From contig JAPEUD010000023.1 in assembly GCA_026026165.1 (NCBI GenBank), forward strand, positions 186,001-250,000: 64,000 nucleotides of DNA, given 5' to 3'. The notes below the pieces were generated by a model. It was given only the letters and a program-made list of their open reading frames with translations, was not told where the DNA came from and searched no databases. The translations under genes were made by a program, and so were the position numbers. This document shows positions 40,260-52,093 of the stretch, piece by piece; position 1 is the first letter of the stretch, and each line of letters opens with the position of its first letter. Origin of the DNA: Sarea resinae (taxonomy: Eukaryota).

Positions 40260-42745
40260 TTAATAATTAGTGTCCTTAGAAATACTATTAGATTTATCTT
40301 TACCTATATAGAAGCAGAGTTTATCGCAATTAAAGTGCTTTACAACTATAGTGTTCTAAACTGTTTCTACTAAAAGGCGACTTTAATAAAAGGTAATAAG
40401 GTCTTATACCTTATTAAAAGTCTGTTTAACACTAATAGCAGCTTTAGGTATAGTAAGAATGTCTTTTGCTATTTGTTTAAGCAAGAGCTAGTAGTGTGAT
40501 CGCTAGAACTAGTAGAATATCAGCACCTATATATAGAAATATTACTTAAAAGTGTTACCTACAAAGGATCCTTATAATCTATAGCTAGCAAAGATAGATA
40601 CTAACTAACTAGATCTATAATAGAGCGATGTTGTTTCTAAAGCGTCTTAGCCTATACAAGTGAATTAATATCTAATGCTAATATAAAGAGTGTAGCAATA
40701 TCTAAAGAGGCAACTTTAGTTCTTATATAATGCAACTAATAATAGTCCTTAAATTCGCGCTAGTACTTTTATAAATATTTATAGCCCTAGTTATTAGACT
40801 TCTTAGCTATTAGCAAAACATTCCTAGAGGATAAGGTAAAGGTAATAGATTTAGATAATATACTTTATATAGATTAAGCCTTATTAAAGGATTAAAGATA
40901 CATGCTAAATTAAACATTCTCTCTTATACTCTTTTAGTATCTTAGTAGTACTTAAAGAGCTTAGTCTTTGCTGCTTCTATAGCAGAAGTAAGCTCTTGTT
41001 TCTAAGGTGTCTGCTTAGGCTATATCTTGTTTAGATGCTTCTCTAAGTGCTTAAAAATCTAAGAGTATATAAACTAGGTCTTATAGATAGTTACGCCTTT
41101 AGTCTAAGACACAGCTCTTATCTAATTATTAAATAGCTTTAGTAAGACAATTAGATAGCAAATATAGTCCTAACTAGTAAGAGAGACATAAGTTCTACGT
41201 ATAGTAGGACTAGTTTTACTAATAAGAAATATCTAAAGAGTATCTTATAGCTGCTAGGCTTGCTTTAGCATATTATATATTAAGTTCTATTAAGTTTTAA
41301 CATCTTAGATTATATTAACTAGCGTTAGCTGCAGATTATAAAAGCGCGTAGTTTGCTATAATAAAGTAGCAATATAGATAGCAAGTGTATAAATCTAGAA
41401 ACTTTAGAGGTAGTAATAGATAAGGGTTGTTAGCACTTACCTTTTACAACGTGCTGCTAAAAGAGTCTTTAGAAAGAAGCTGCTAAAGCAGCTCTTAGTT
41501 TGTATCTAACTATGTATCTTATATAGACTTGTTTAAAGCAGTAATTTTTAGGCACTTATTAAAAGCCATAACTGTAAGCTAAATGATATACATAAGGCAA
41601 GGTATATAAGTAACCTTATAATCCTATACAATCTAATAGTGATTAGCAAGTAGACTTATTAGCTCTTAACGCATTATGTTGTTATTACTTGCGTTATCTG
41701 TTATCACAACTAGTATACAATCCTACAATGTAATGTTACCTAAAAGCATTACTATAAACATTAAAGACAAACCTAAATGTTAGAACACTAAAGTCAATTA
41801 AGTAGTAACATAGCTATGTTACAACTAGAGTGCTCTTTAGTTATCTTTTTAAACTCTAAGAGGACTTCCTAGTAATTCTAGTCTTTGTCAATAAAATACC
41901 CTATTATAGAAAGAAAGGATATCTTATTTAGACTCTACTATATATCTAGTGCGATAGAAATTTTAGTTTCTAGGCCTAGTCTCTGTAGAATCCTTAGTAA
42001 GATCTTTGTATATTGATTATAAATGTTATTATAAACCTATTATCGCCTTAGAATTCAAAGGCCTAGCTAGTAAAGGAGGAAGCATTGTTTAAACTAGTAG
42101 TTTTCTATAATCTGCTATAGAAGATTTGCTAATAGAATTATCTTAAGGAAGAGGTGTTACTAGCTTAACTAAGAGAATAGCTCTAAGGTTTAGAGAGTCT
42201 TTAGTGCTAAAGTATGTTGCTAGCATTAAGGATAGAGGTATTAGTTAAAAGATCTATTATATATAGCAATATCTTACTATAGTCTAAAGAGCCTTAAGTG
42301 TGTGTATTGTGCCTGCTATAAGAGACTAAGCACACTCTAGAGAGCTATAGTGCTGTTTTATTGCAGAAGTGCCTATCTCTTTAAGACTAGGATGCTCTTG
42401 CTAACGTCTGCATTATTAATACATTACTCTTAGGCAGCTAGTTATAACATTAGCAACTTAGTAGAAGAGAGACTAGGTTGTGCTTTTCTACGTCCTAGAA
42501 TCCTATTAAGGGCTTCTATATTAACCTATATCTGTATAAGCAGTCTGCTACTACTAGAAGATAAAAGTATTATAATATAATTGCTGCTAGATAACTATTC
42601 GCTATGTAGGATCTCTTTGTAACACCTCTAGAACATAGTAAATTAAAGCTAAAGTAATAGTTGTAGGTTTAGACTTAATAGCTATAGACCTTTATATACT
42701 ATCTCTAAGTTCCTTATAGTCTAATGTTTCAAACGAATTAGACAT
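40260..42745 (-). pseudogene. hAT transposase of element A (its C-terminal tail continues at ~20500-20798)
   Basis: ISIALDI(W).S, VITDNASNN, CL.(H)II.LTV, DVKT(RW)N and KDIL.IP.AA..V..TF; introns at the same positions as in the B transposase. Confidence 0.85.
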
Positions 42746-43049
42746 TGTAAAGGAGAAATTTACAGCGATAAGAAAGTGTAGAAGGCCTTAGAATGTATAG
42801 CAGAGTGAAGAGGTAGAAAGTGCCTTTAACTAGAGAAGTATTTGCTTAAATATTAATATTAAAGGTTGCTAGGTTTAGCATAACTAAATAAACACAGCAG
42901 AGAGACTATAAAGAGAGTAATATAATACAGCTATCTACTAGAGTTATTAGGAGAGAGTTTATACAGCTAAAATTTAATTAAGAGAATATGCATTCCTAAC
43001 GTGATTAATATACACAATGTTACTAGTAAGTGTTACTTTTTTAGTAAAC

Positions 43050-45050
43050 TAAATTCTAGAGAAAAAGTGAAAATCTACCCCTAGGCAGACACAGACTAAT
43101 AAAGAAAAGCCACTTAGCTATAACTACCTCTCTACTTATTGCTATCCTTAGCAGCACTAGAACTAGAGTCCTTCTCTTTAGCATTATTAGTAGAGTTATT
43201 CTTACTCTCCTTTGTATTAATAGGAATATTCTTAGCTATTGTTAGCAGAGCCTTCTCTATAGCAGATCTAGTAATAGCAGGGTCCTCTCTTTTAAGAATG
43301 TCCTCTAGCTAAGTTTTCTCTCCTATAGTTAGCAGTATAAAGTCTTCCTTATCACTTAAGATTAGGTTAATATCCTTATTAGATAATAGAAACACTTCTG
43401 CTTCTAAATTGCTAAACCTAGTAAAATTAGTCCTAGCCTCTGTGTCACTATTAGAGAGAGTTGTATAGTCTTTAACCTGCTCTATAAACTCTAATATTAC
43501 CTCCTTTAGATTAAGATCACTAGCTTCTACTAGATTATTATAGCTATAGCAGTAGATATCTCTCTTATAGTAGCAGACTACTTTTAGCAAGCGACTTCTA
43601 ATGCGTTTGCCCTATACTCTAAATAACAAGTTAGGCTTATTTAAATTTTATCTCTGCTAAACTAATTAGACAAATGCTGTAAAGAAACGTTACTTAAAAG
43701 TGTTACCTTAGGATTAGCACTACTATTAGGTTAGCTATCTCTATTGTCTTTAAGTAGTAAGATATTAACAATATCCTTAACTATCTGCTTATTATCCTTA
43801 GCCTTTGCTTTCTCTACCTTAATAGCCTTTTACTGCTATATAGTAACCTACTTAGTAGACTAGTAGAGGAAAAAGCGTTGTTCTATTAATTTGTCTATTT
43901 TAGAGTCTATAACAGTCTCTTTAAAGTCTTATTGTTATGCTGTTATTATACTAGCGTAATTATTCTTGCGATAGAGTTTACCTCTTAGAGTAGATTTTGC
44001 TTTCCTATCTGCTCTATCTGCTTTTTTTAGTGTCTTCTTAAACTTAGTATTGCTAAGTTTACTATCTAGCTCTAACTCTAATGCTTTAGACTTTGCTTCC
44101 TTAAGCTGCGCTCTAGCAATCTGTTGTTATTTGCTGTAGAGAACTATCCTAAGCCTTATCTTACTAGTATAATGTCTTTATAGGCAGGCTTTCACACGTT
44201 CTACTAGGCTAGCTATCTCTAGGTTAAATATTCTCTTAGGATAAGAGGATGTTATAAGGGTTGCACTATAAGTTGCACTAATATTAGTTACTAGCAAACA
44301 ATGTTACCTAAATGTATTACCTTAGATATCTCTTTCTAAGAGCAAGAGAGTCTAAGCTCTCTAGCTTATTATTAAGGTTAGTCTCTTTCTACTTCTATCT
44401 CTTAGATATAGTCCTATTATATTATTAGCTTTATATTTAGAATTGTTACTAGGATGTGTTACTACTTCTGCTTCTTATATACCTTTCTTACTTTGTCTAA
44501 GAACTTTGCTTTTCTAACCTTATCTAAGAACTTTACCTTTATCTTTTTAACTATAAAGACTATCTTAACTTTATCGCTGCTACTATTACTAGAGTAGCAC
44601 TACTAGCAGATATTTACAGATATTGTTACCTAAATGCGTTACCTAGCCTTACTATCTATCTTCTTATTACTACTTCCTTTCTAACTGCTGCTACTATATA
44701 GAGAATTACTTATAGCCCTATTATTAAGATCTATAGGCAGTTAATTATTGTCTTTATATTCTTCTATCTCTAGATTTAGCTTAGTTATGCTAGATTTTGC
44801 TTTCTTAAGCTTTTATTGTTTCTTACACTAATATAAGCCTTCTATAGTATTATTATTACCTTAATATATTACCCTTAGACCTAAGCTGCTAGTAGGCTAT
44901 AGTTTTTAAGAAGAAGTTAGTTTCACCTTACTCTATCTCACTTAGAAGTTTAAAACTTACCTCTTCTTTATAATACTAGTATTCTCTATAGCTGCCTTAT
45001 TCTAAAAGAAGCTTATAGGTGATATAAGTAATTTAGAGAGTAATTAGCCA
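43050..45050 (-). pseudogene. Unknown multi-intron accessory ORF of hAT A
   Basis: DKLIEQRFFLY and V(W)GKRIRSRLLK, similar to the B accessory ORF; several short introns. Confidence 0.55.
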
Positions 45051-45249
45051 CCTATCTTATGACTTTCTACTGCCTAAACAGTTAAGAAAGTTAATAGGAT
45101 TAATAAAATTAATAAAATCTTAATGATATTAATAATAGAAGTAATAGAGTTGATAAAAAATAGCACTTCTCTTTATATAGAAGAAAGTTGCTAATAATAT
45201 AGGTAGTAAGGTTGAATTATATAGTAGAACTAGGCATATAAGATTTAAG

Positions 45250-45400
45250 CAGAAGGTATATACCTTATTAAACAGTTAATAACATTTACTGCAAGGTACA
45301 TACCTTATTAATTAGTTAATAACATTTACTACAAGGTACATACCTTATTAACTAGCTAATAACACTAACTAAGGTATATACCTTGCAGTAAATGTTTACC
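45250..45400. repeat. About 41-bp tandem repeat (AAGGTA(C/T)ATACCTTATTAA...) in the divergent intergenic region
   Basis: Direct reading, 3-4 copies. Confidence 0.8.
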
Positions 45401-45850
45401 TTAATATTATATAGGTCTACTACTTAATTTAACCTTACTACCTACATTATTAGCAACCTTCTCCTATAGCAAGAGGATTGCTCTCTCTTATTAACTTTGT
45501 TACTTCTGTTATTAAACTAATAAGACTTAATAAACTTTATCACTTCTATTATTAGTATTATTAAGATTTCTCTCTTAGTGCTCTTTAAGTTTTAAGGTTA
45601 AGGTGAGTTTAAGAACTACTACTTAATAGTAACACATTTAGGTAACATTTAAGACTATAAAGGCACTTAGCTAATAATTCCTAACTACAGACAACTCTCT
45701 AGATTCTTTCTTTAATACTAACTAAAGATTCTCTTTTAGCACTCTCTACACTACACTCTTACTCTCTTAACATAATTATAGTCACTAATACATTAAGTTA
45801 TTCTTTCCTACCTCTACTAGTAACACTTAATAGTAACATTTTACTAGACA

Positions 45851-46600
45851 ATAGCTTGTACTAAGCGTACCGCCTGTAAGACTGTCTCTAGTACTAGTAG
45901 AAAAGGAAAAGGAAAAGGTAAGAGAATATCTGCTGCTAAGGCTTATTATATTACTAGTAGCAAATCCCTATGTAAGAACTTAGCTAGTATAGCAGCATAT
46001 AAAGGTTGTCTTGCTACTAGACAACGCTTTACTACTAGTATATATGCTAAACGCTAAAAGGCCTATAAAGATGCTATAAAAGCATAGGTTTATAAGGATA
46101 CTACCTTTTATAGTTGTAGTAAGGTTTATAGTGTGCCTAAACTAATCTAACTCTATTGCACTTATCTAGGTAGTAAGTCTTAGTCTCTAAACTCTAAGAG
46201 TAACACATTATAGTAACATTTAAACACTATAGCATCTGCACTCTATAAAATTAAGAGATTGTAAAAATCTATTAATTTAGTCATTCTAAAGCTCTCTTTC
46301 TAGCGCCTAGTCTGCAAGGTTATATCTTATTACTACTACCTCTCTAGAGAGCTCTATTTTTAGTTATTAGCTATATATGCCTTGTAAGAAGCTACTAAGG
46401 CTTTTATAGTTAGGTTCTTTAAAAGTGAGTTTTTCTATCTCTTCTTCTATCCTATACTTAATTTTTCTAGATGTGCTTTAGGCCTGTATTTATTAGAACT
46501 ATATAACTATTAATTATAAAGACACTTAGTTTATTAAGGCTTTAATAAAGGGCTTTAGTATCTAGATCTCTAGTAACATATAGGTTAAGTTTCTATAGCA
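45851..46600 (+). pseudogene. Histone H3-like gene of hAT A
   Basis: (M)A(R)TKRTA(R)KT...T(GG)KS(PR)KNLAS.AA(R)K; ASAL(RE)IKRL(Q)KS..LVI(P)KL.F(Q)RLV(RE)V; AL(Q)EA.(E)AF.V.FF(E); two short introns. Confidence 0.88.
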
Positions 46601-48423
46601 TTAGCTCTAAGGTTTTACTAGTTCTAGTAGCGCAATTAGAGATGCAATTAGAGATGCAGTTAGAGATGCAATTAGGGCTTTTCTAGTCTTCTAGTCACAG
46701 GTTATAGGAAGTTATAAGAGGCTTATAGTTTTTCTCTGCCTTTTAGCATTTTTAGTCTTTACTTTACTTAGTCTACAATAAAGACTTAATAGACTTAGTA
46801 ATATATATAGGTAATATTTGTAGAGTAATAGCAGCTTTTTAATGCTCTATAAAACATGCCCTACAATCTATACTATTTTAGCTACTATCTTTATATCATG
46901 TGATAGGTACCTACACCTACCTACTAGGTCTTATTAGGCAGGTTAATTAGGGTATAGGTACTTAATACCTATACCTAGGCAGGTTCTTCTACCCTTACCC
47001 GCCTAGTAGGTACCTAAGTAGACACTCTAAGCTTATTATCTATAACAAAACCTAAGTCTTTTTCTTCTAGGTAGCTCTTTAATTTATCTAATAAGAGTAT
47101 AATCTCTAGTTGTTTATTAGAGTCTATAATAGTGTTAGTATTAGTGTCTTTAGTCTAAGACAGTGTCTTAGGATTGTTAGCGTTGCAAAGGAAATTTTCT
47201 ATTAATTTAAGTAGATTAGAGTCGCTAGCTTTAACTAGATCATTGTATCTAAAGTAGTAGATTTCCTATTTATTGCAACAAACTACACAACTTAATTATT
47301 GCTTAATATCTTTTTTTATAGAAGCTAGGCCTTTCTAGTAATTAATAACAATTAAGTCGTTCTATATCTAAGTTAGCATGCAAAATAAGGATCTGCATTG
47401 TTACTAAAATGTGTTACCTTATCTTCTTTACTTTCTTAAGTGTCTTTATTTAATACATCTACTTACTCTTTATCTTAGGATTCTTAACTAACTAGTCTTT
47501 AAGCCCTTAACTCTTGCTTTGCCTTTGCTTTCTCTTCTAACTTAGCTTTATTCTTCTTATACTCTCTCTTCTGCACAGCCTCTTTATTGTAAGCAAGCTT
47601 CTTAAAGTATTTAGCAGACTTTCTACTTGTAAATTGCTTTTTTATTAAATGTATTAGTGCTAGCTTAATTACCTTGTCATTAAACTATGCTTTCTCTTCT
47701 GTAGTTATATTATAAGACTTTATATCTTTCTTTAGTTTTGCTTAAAGCTTTAACTTAGCTGACTAGTTAGCTCTATCTTTTTTAGTGTATATAGATTGCT
47801 AGTTTTCTTTGTTATTCACTTTAGTTTTAGCTTTTTTATTAGACTAGAGCTTATAATACATAGTGTTAGTCGCTCTAATAACTTCTAAACTGCTATAATT
47901 TAGTATAGAACGTTACTACAATGTGTTACTTACTTGCTTAAGACTAATAATTGTTTGTCCTTAGACCTTAACTGCTTATCTAATGCTATAAATATATTGA
48001 CCCTATAAGATATAAGTACTTCGCTAGAATAAGTGTAGTATTAAGTACTAACACTAAGATTTTAGAACTTGCTTTAAAGCTTAAGATATTGCTTAAGTTA
48101 CTAGACTTCTCTTTAGCTTTAATATTCTAGTATTTAGCTGCTAGTAAAGTCTTAGTCGCTTTAGAAATAGTGTCTAGAACTAGACTTTACTATCTTTTAA
48201 CTCGCTTTATTAAATGTGCTATACTAGTAAAGTTAGTCTTAGGCGCTAATTAAAGTGATATTACTAATAAGTGTTACTTTGCTTAGCTTATACACTTAAG
48301 TAGAGTTAGAGAGCGTAGACTAGTTATCTTCTTAGCTTCTTACTTTATAGATTAAAGTAAAGCTTACTGCTTGTTATAAGTTCTGTCTATCTTAAGATAC
48401 AAGCTAGTTACAGCTAGATAATT

Positions 48424-48645
48424 AAAAGTTAAAGTGTTAGTTGCATTTATATCTTTATCTGTAACTTAGTATATTAACTTATAATTCTTATTAGAATAAA
48501 GACTAATTTAGTATATAAGTATAAAGATAAAGAAGTAGCTAAAGAGTTAGAAGTTAAAAGTGTTAGTTGCATTTATATCTTTATTTGTAACTTAGTATAT
48601 TAACTTATAATTCTTATTAGAACAAAGACTAATTAAGTATATAAG
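48424..48645. repeat. Two-copy tandem duplication of about 127 bp
   Basis: AAGTT(A)AAAGTGTTAGTTGCATTTATATC... at ~48426 and ~48552. Confidence 0.85.
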
Positions 48646-49256
48646 TAAGTAAAGAAGAAGAAGAAAAAAAAGCTATAGTAAGAAGCAGCAGATAAGTATA
48701 TACTCTACTATACTAGTTTGCGCTAGCACTTGTAATGCTCTATTAATTAGTTTATTAATAAGTTATAAATAGCTTCTAGCAGCTAGTTCTATCTACATGC
48801 GTAAGAAGTTATATAGTTAACTTCTGCACTTACTAACAGCTTCTTTTCTTCTATACTTCTTTATTACACTAACTACTTAGCTAGTTTTAGTAAGTAAGAG
48901 TATATTAAGCAATATTTGTTAAATACAAGCATTAATAAGACTTACTAACTATACTAAACGTTTATAGGCTAGAGCGACTTCACTTTCTTCTTTAAATGTA
49001 AGTTCTCTCTAGTTTAAATTAAGCTTAAAGCAATAGAGTCACTAACTAAAGTAACAGTCTGTTTATTAAATTATCTATGTTAAAGTAAGTTAAGTGCTTT
49101 AAACTACAAGTAACACATTTAAGTAATGTATTGCTTAGATATCTAACCTGCTAGACTCTTCTTAATTCACTCTATATATATAGCGAATTAAGTTCACTAT
49201 ATTAAGACAGCTATCCTTAGCTTCTTACTAAGTATATATAGAGAACAATAATAAGA

Positions 49257-50086
49257 ATGCTCTCTCTTTACCTAACTACACTAGCTCTAAAGAAGTTAAA
49301 GAAGAACCTAATAGGTTAGTGTATCTTACTTTACTGCTGCACTTATATATTGCTTACTAAATTATCTAGCAGTAATAGTAGTAGAGAGAAGACTTAAAGC
49401 GCATGCACTTGCCTATAGACTGCTTGTAAAAGTCTAATTTAAACAGCCTGTAAGTCTACTAGTAGTAAGGTCCTTTATAAGAATCTACGCTCTAAAGCTG
49501 CTTGCACTAATAAAGCGTGTATATATAAAGTAGAAAGAGCTAGCTTTTTTTAATGTATAGCTAAGTATTGTACCTTAATTGCTGCCTAGAAGTAAGAGAA
49601 GACTATAGCAAAGCGAAATAAACAAGCCTTCTATAAAAGCAGACCACTCTAGCTGCGCTATAGGACTAGACTAAAAAGTGAGTAATACTTTACTCTTATA
49701 GTAACACATTTTAGTAACGCTTAGTAGTTGCTGCGCTTAAAGAGATCTATTGCTACTAGAAGAGAGCTAAATTATTGCTTTGCAAACTGCTTTTCTAGAG
49801 GATTGTTTATAAGATAGTATACAACTTTAGCTTAATTAAAGACGTGCGTTTTTAGGCAGCTGCTCTATATGCTGTGTAAGAAGCTGCTAAAGTGTTCTTA
49901 GTTAGTTTTTTTACAAGTAAGTTTGTAAAAATCAGCGCGCTTTAGTACTACTAACATATAGATAGACTTAAACTTAGCTGCAATCTATGCAAAGCGTATT
50001 ACTATCTAGGTAAAAGACTTGCAATTAATTACTAACTTTATAAAGCAGTTTAAATTAAGCTTTAGTTATAAGAGCAAGAAGAAGTA
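49257..50086 (+). pseudogene. Histone H3-like gene of unit C
   Basis: (Q)TA(R)KST(GG)KV(PR)KNLRSKAA(R); AALKEI..Y(Q)K..LLL(R)KL(P)F(Q)RIV; DVRF(Q)AAAL.AV(Q)EAA; LNLAAI(H)AKRITI(Q)VKDLQL. Start position approximate. Confidence 0.9.
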
Positions 50087-50659
50087 ACTAATTTAAGTAA
50101 CGTTTCTTTGTGTTAGTAGATTGTAGTACTATTTAAATAGCAAGGTAGCTAAATTAAATTTAATTACTTTTAATATTATGTAATGCTCTTATTATTCTCT
50201 ATATCTTTGTGTTACAATACAAAGATTATCTAAGATAAGATTAAAATGCAAGCCTGCTTAGTAATACATGCTATTAATAGTAAAATAGTTACATGTTATA
50301 GTAAAATAGTTATATATTAGGTAACCTAACCTAACTTGCTAGGTTTACTAGGCAGGCTGCTCCTAGCTATAGGTACCTATTACCTAGCGTTAAGTAGGTC
50401 TAGTCTTAGCAACCTGCTCTATAGGTACTTAACTTAACACTCTAACTCTATCTCTCTTCTCTTTCTTCTAGCTTTATAAAGAGAGATTTAATTAAAGTTG
50501 TGCTAAAAAAATTGTGTATATAATAAACTTAGTGATAATAATAAGTTAGTTGTTAAAGGCTAATATATGTATATATATAGTACGCTTAATATTCTTAATA
50601 GCCTAGCCTAACTCTCTCTCTTATCTCTAGGTTATCTATATATATATATATATATATAT

Positions 50660-51010
50660 ATTATCTAGTCTGCTAGGCTTCTTAGGGTATAGTAGTGTAG
50701 GCTATTAACAATATAGCTAGCTAAGAGCGGCGCTATAGCTGCGAATAGTATAGGAGCTGCTAGCACCTTATTATATAATTAAATATATATAAGAATAAAG
50801 AATGTTCTGCTTAGTAGAATTAATTGCTAGTAGGCACCTAATATTCTATTACACTAATCGCTAGCTTCTTAGCTGCTAGCAATATAATAGCTATATAAGG
50901 TATCTATATAGTAGAGTAGCAGCTATAACTAAACGTTGCTAGGTATAGCAGGCAACAAGCACCCTAGGTGCTGCTGCTATACAGAGCTGTATAGAGCCTC
51001 TTACACACCT
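50660..51010. mobile_element. Probable degenerate solo LTR between (TA)n tracts
   Basis: Shares TTGCTAGTAGGCAC...TTACACTAA.CGCTAGC and TAAACGTTGCTA with the LTR-like sequence at ~58545-58655. Confidence 0.5.
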
Positions 51011-51179
51011 ATATATATATATATATATATCTACCTGTGTTGCATAGACTTTGATTAAAGGGCACAGGATAAGAAGAGAGAAGGCTACGTTGATTAGGAA
51101 ACAAATGTAATTGATTAATTATATAAATAATTTTGTTCTATTAACCCCTAACCTAAGCTCCCTAAAACAAAACAAAACA

Positions 51180-51877
51180 AAAAAAAAGCAGCGAACGCTG
51201 CCTAATCGTCTTTCTGTTGCGTCTGTTAGCATCTCTCTTACTCTCAAGTTCTGGCCGCGGTTCAAGAAAAGAGTTTTATAAAGGGGTGAATAATGAGCAT
51301 AGCAAATAGAGGTCAAGGCAGAGAAACCCAACGATTTAGAAAGGAGGAATAAACTTACATCGCGAGCAGCAGCTCCGACTAAGCCCGAGAGGGCCCGGCC
51401 AATGTCCTGGAGTGGTGTGCGAGGGCGTCTCCGCCACTTGCCCATTAGGGCCCTTACTGGGGTTCCAGCCCACGGCTTCTTTGCTACCCAGTCCAAGAGA
51501 GCGGCGCAAACCCATAACACAAGGTCAAGCTATATCAACATGTTAGTCTTACTCTTTCTATTGCTTGAGACAAGGTTGTTTTGTCTGCCATCAGAGATAG
51601 ATGCCTTACAGCAAAAAAAATCGCCTCCAGGACGGCCGCTACAGGCCGGCGGCCCACGAGCACAAAGCACCACAGTTCTAGGGCAGCCGTCCCTAGTAGG
51701 AACGAGAAGAGCCCGACGACCCACCAATCGACGATGGCCGCGATGGCCGAGCGCGTGCAGTCCTGTGCGCACTCCAACTTACGTTAGCTTTCCCGACCCT
51801 CAATCTTTACTAGAACGCTACTGTGTACGTACTTGGCTGGGAGCAGGAGTCGTGCCGTTCCATGAGAGTGCTGGCAT
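51180..51877 (-). CDS. Small multi-exon putative membrane protein at the RIP border (3' end uncertain)
   Basis: Phase-0 introns with GTACGT, GTAAGG and GTAAGT donors and CTAAC branch sites join MPALSWNGTTPAPSQ / CAQDCTRSAIAAIVDWWVVGLFSFLL...IFFA / LDLVLWVCAALLDW...AARD. Confidence 0.5.
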
Positions 51878-51941
51878 AGTGGCTGCGAGGGGGCGGACGG
51901 GCAGCGGAGGGGGCAGGCGGACGCGCGGCGGAGGGAGAGCT

Positions 51942-52093
51942 TGCTGTTGCTGTTGCTGTTGCTGTTGGGGTTGGGGATGTGGATGTGGATGTGGATGTGG
52001 ATGTGGATGTGGATGTGGATGTGGATGTGGATGCGGATGTGGATGTGGATGAAGATGAAGATGAAGATGAAGATGAAGATGAAGATGAAGATG
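51942..52093. repeat. Compound microsatellite (TGCTGT)n(GGATGT)n(GAAGAT)n
   Basis: Direct reading. Confidence 0.95.

Larger units (their letters stand above)
20028..47029 (-). mobile_element. hAT DNA transposon A (outer), interrupted by hAT B
   Basis: Imperfect TIRs TAGGCTATCTAC (20028) and GTAGACACTCTA (ends 47029) with GGTA/ACC-rich subterminal repeats; contains a hAT transposase relic. No matching TSD was found. Confidence 0.7.
47030..50444. mobile_element. Truncated third hAT unit C (accessory ORF fragment, H3-like gene and right terminus)
   Basis: Right end AACACTCTA (50444) with subterminal repeats like those of A and B; same intron motif; no transposase in this segment. Confidence 0.65.
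19200..51100. other. RIP-mutated AT-rich transposon block
   Basis: Sharp drop in GC, TpA excess and CpA/TpG depletion; almost no ORFs; conserved codons read as TGG>TAG, CAG>TAG, GAT>AAT. Confidence 0.95.

Noticed and set aside
49257..50086. H3-like relics as the host canonical H3 or CenH3 locus
   Set aside because: Three divergent RIPped copies inside transposon termini, no adjacent H4 gene, and H3-type ARKS/ARKT tail motifs retained.
19200..51100. AT-rich block as a centromere or Starship element
   Set aside because: No tyrosine-recombinase captain seen; centromere identity cannot be judged from sequence alone and would need CenH3 ChIP or Hi-C.
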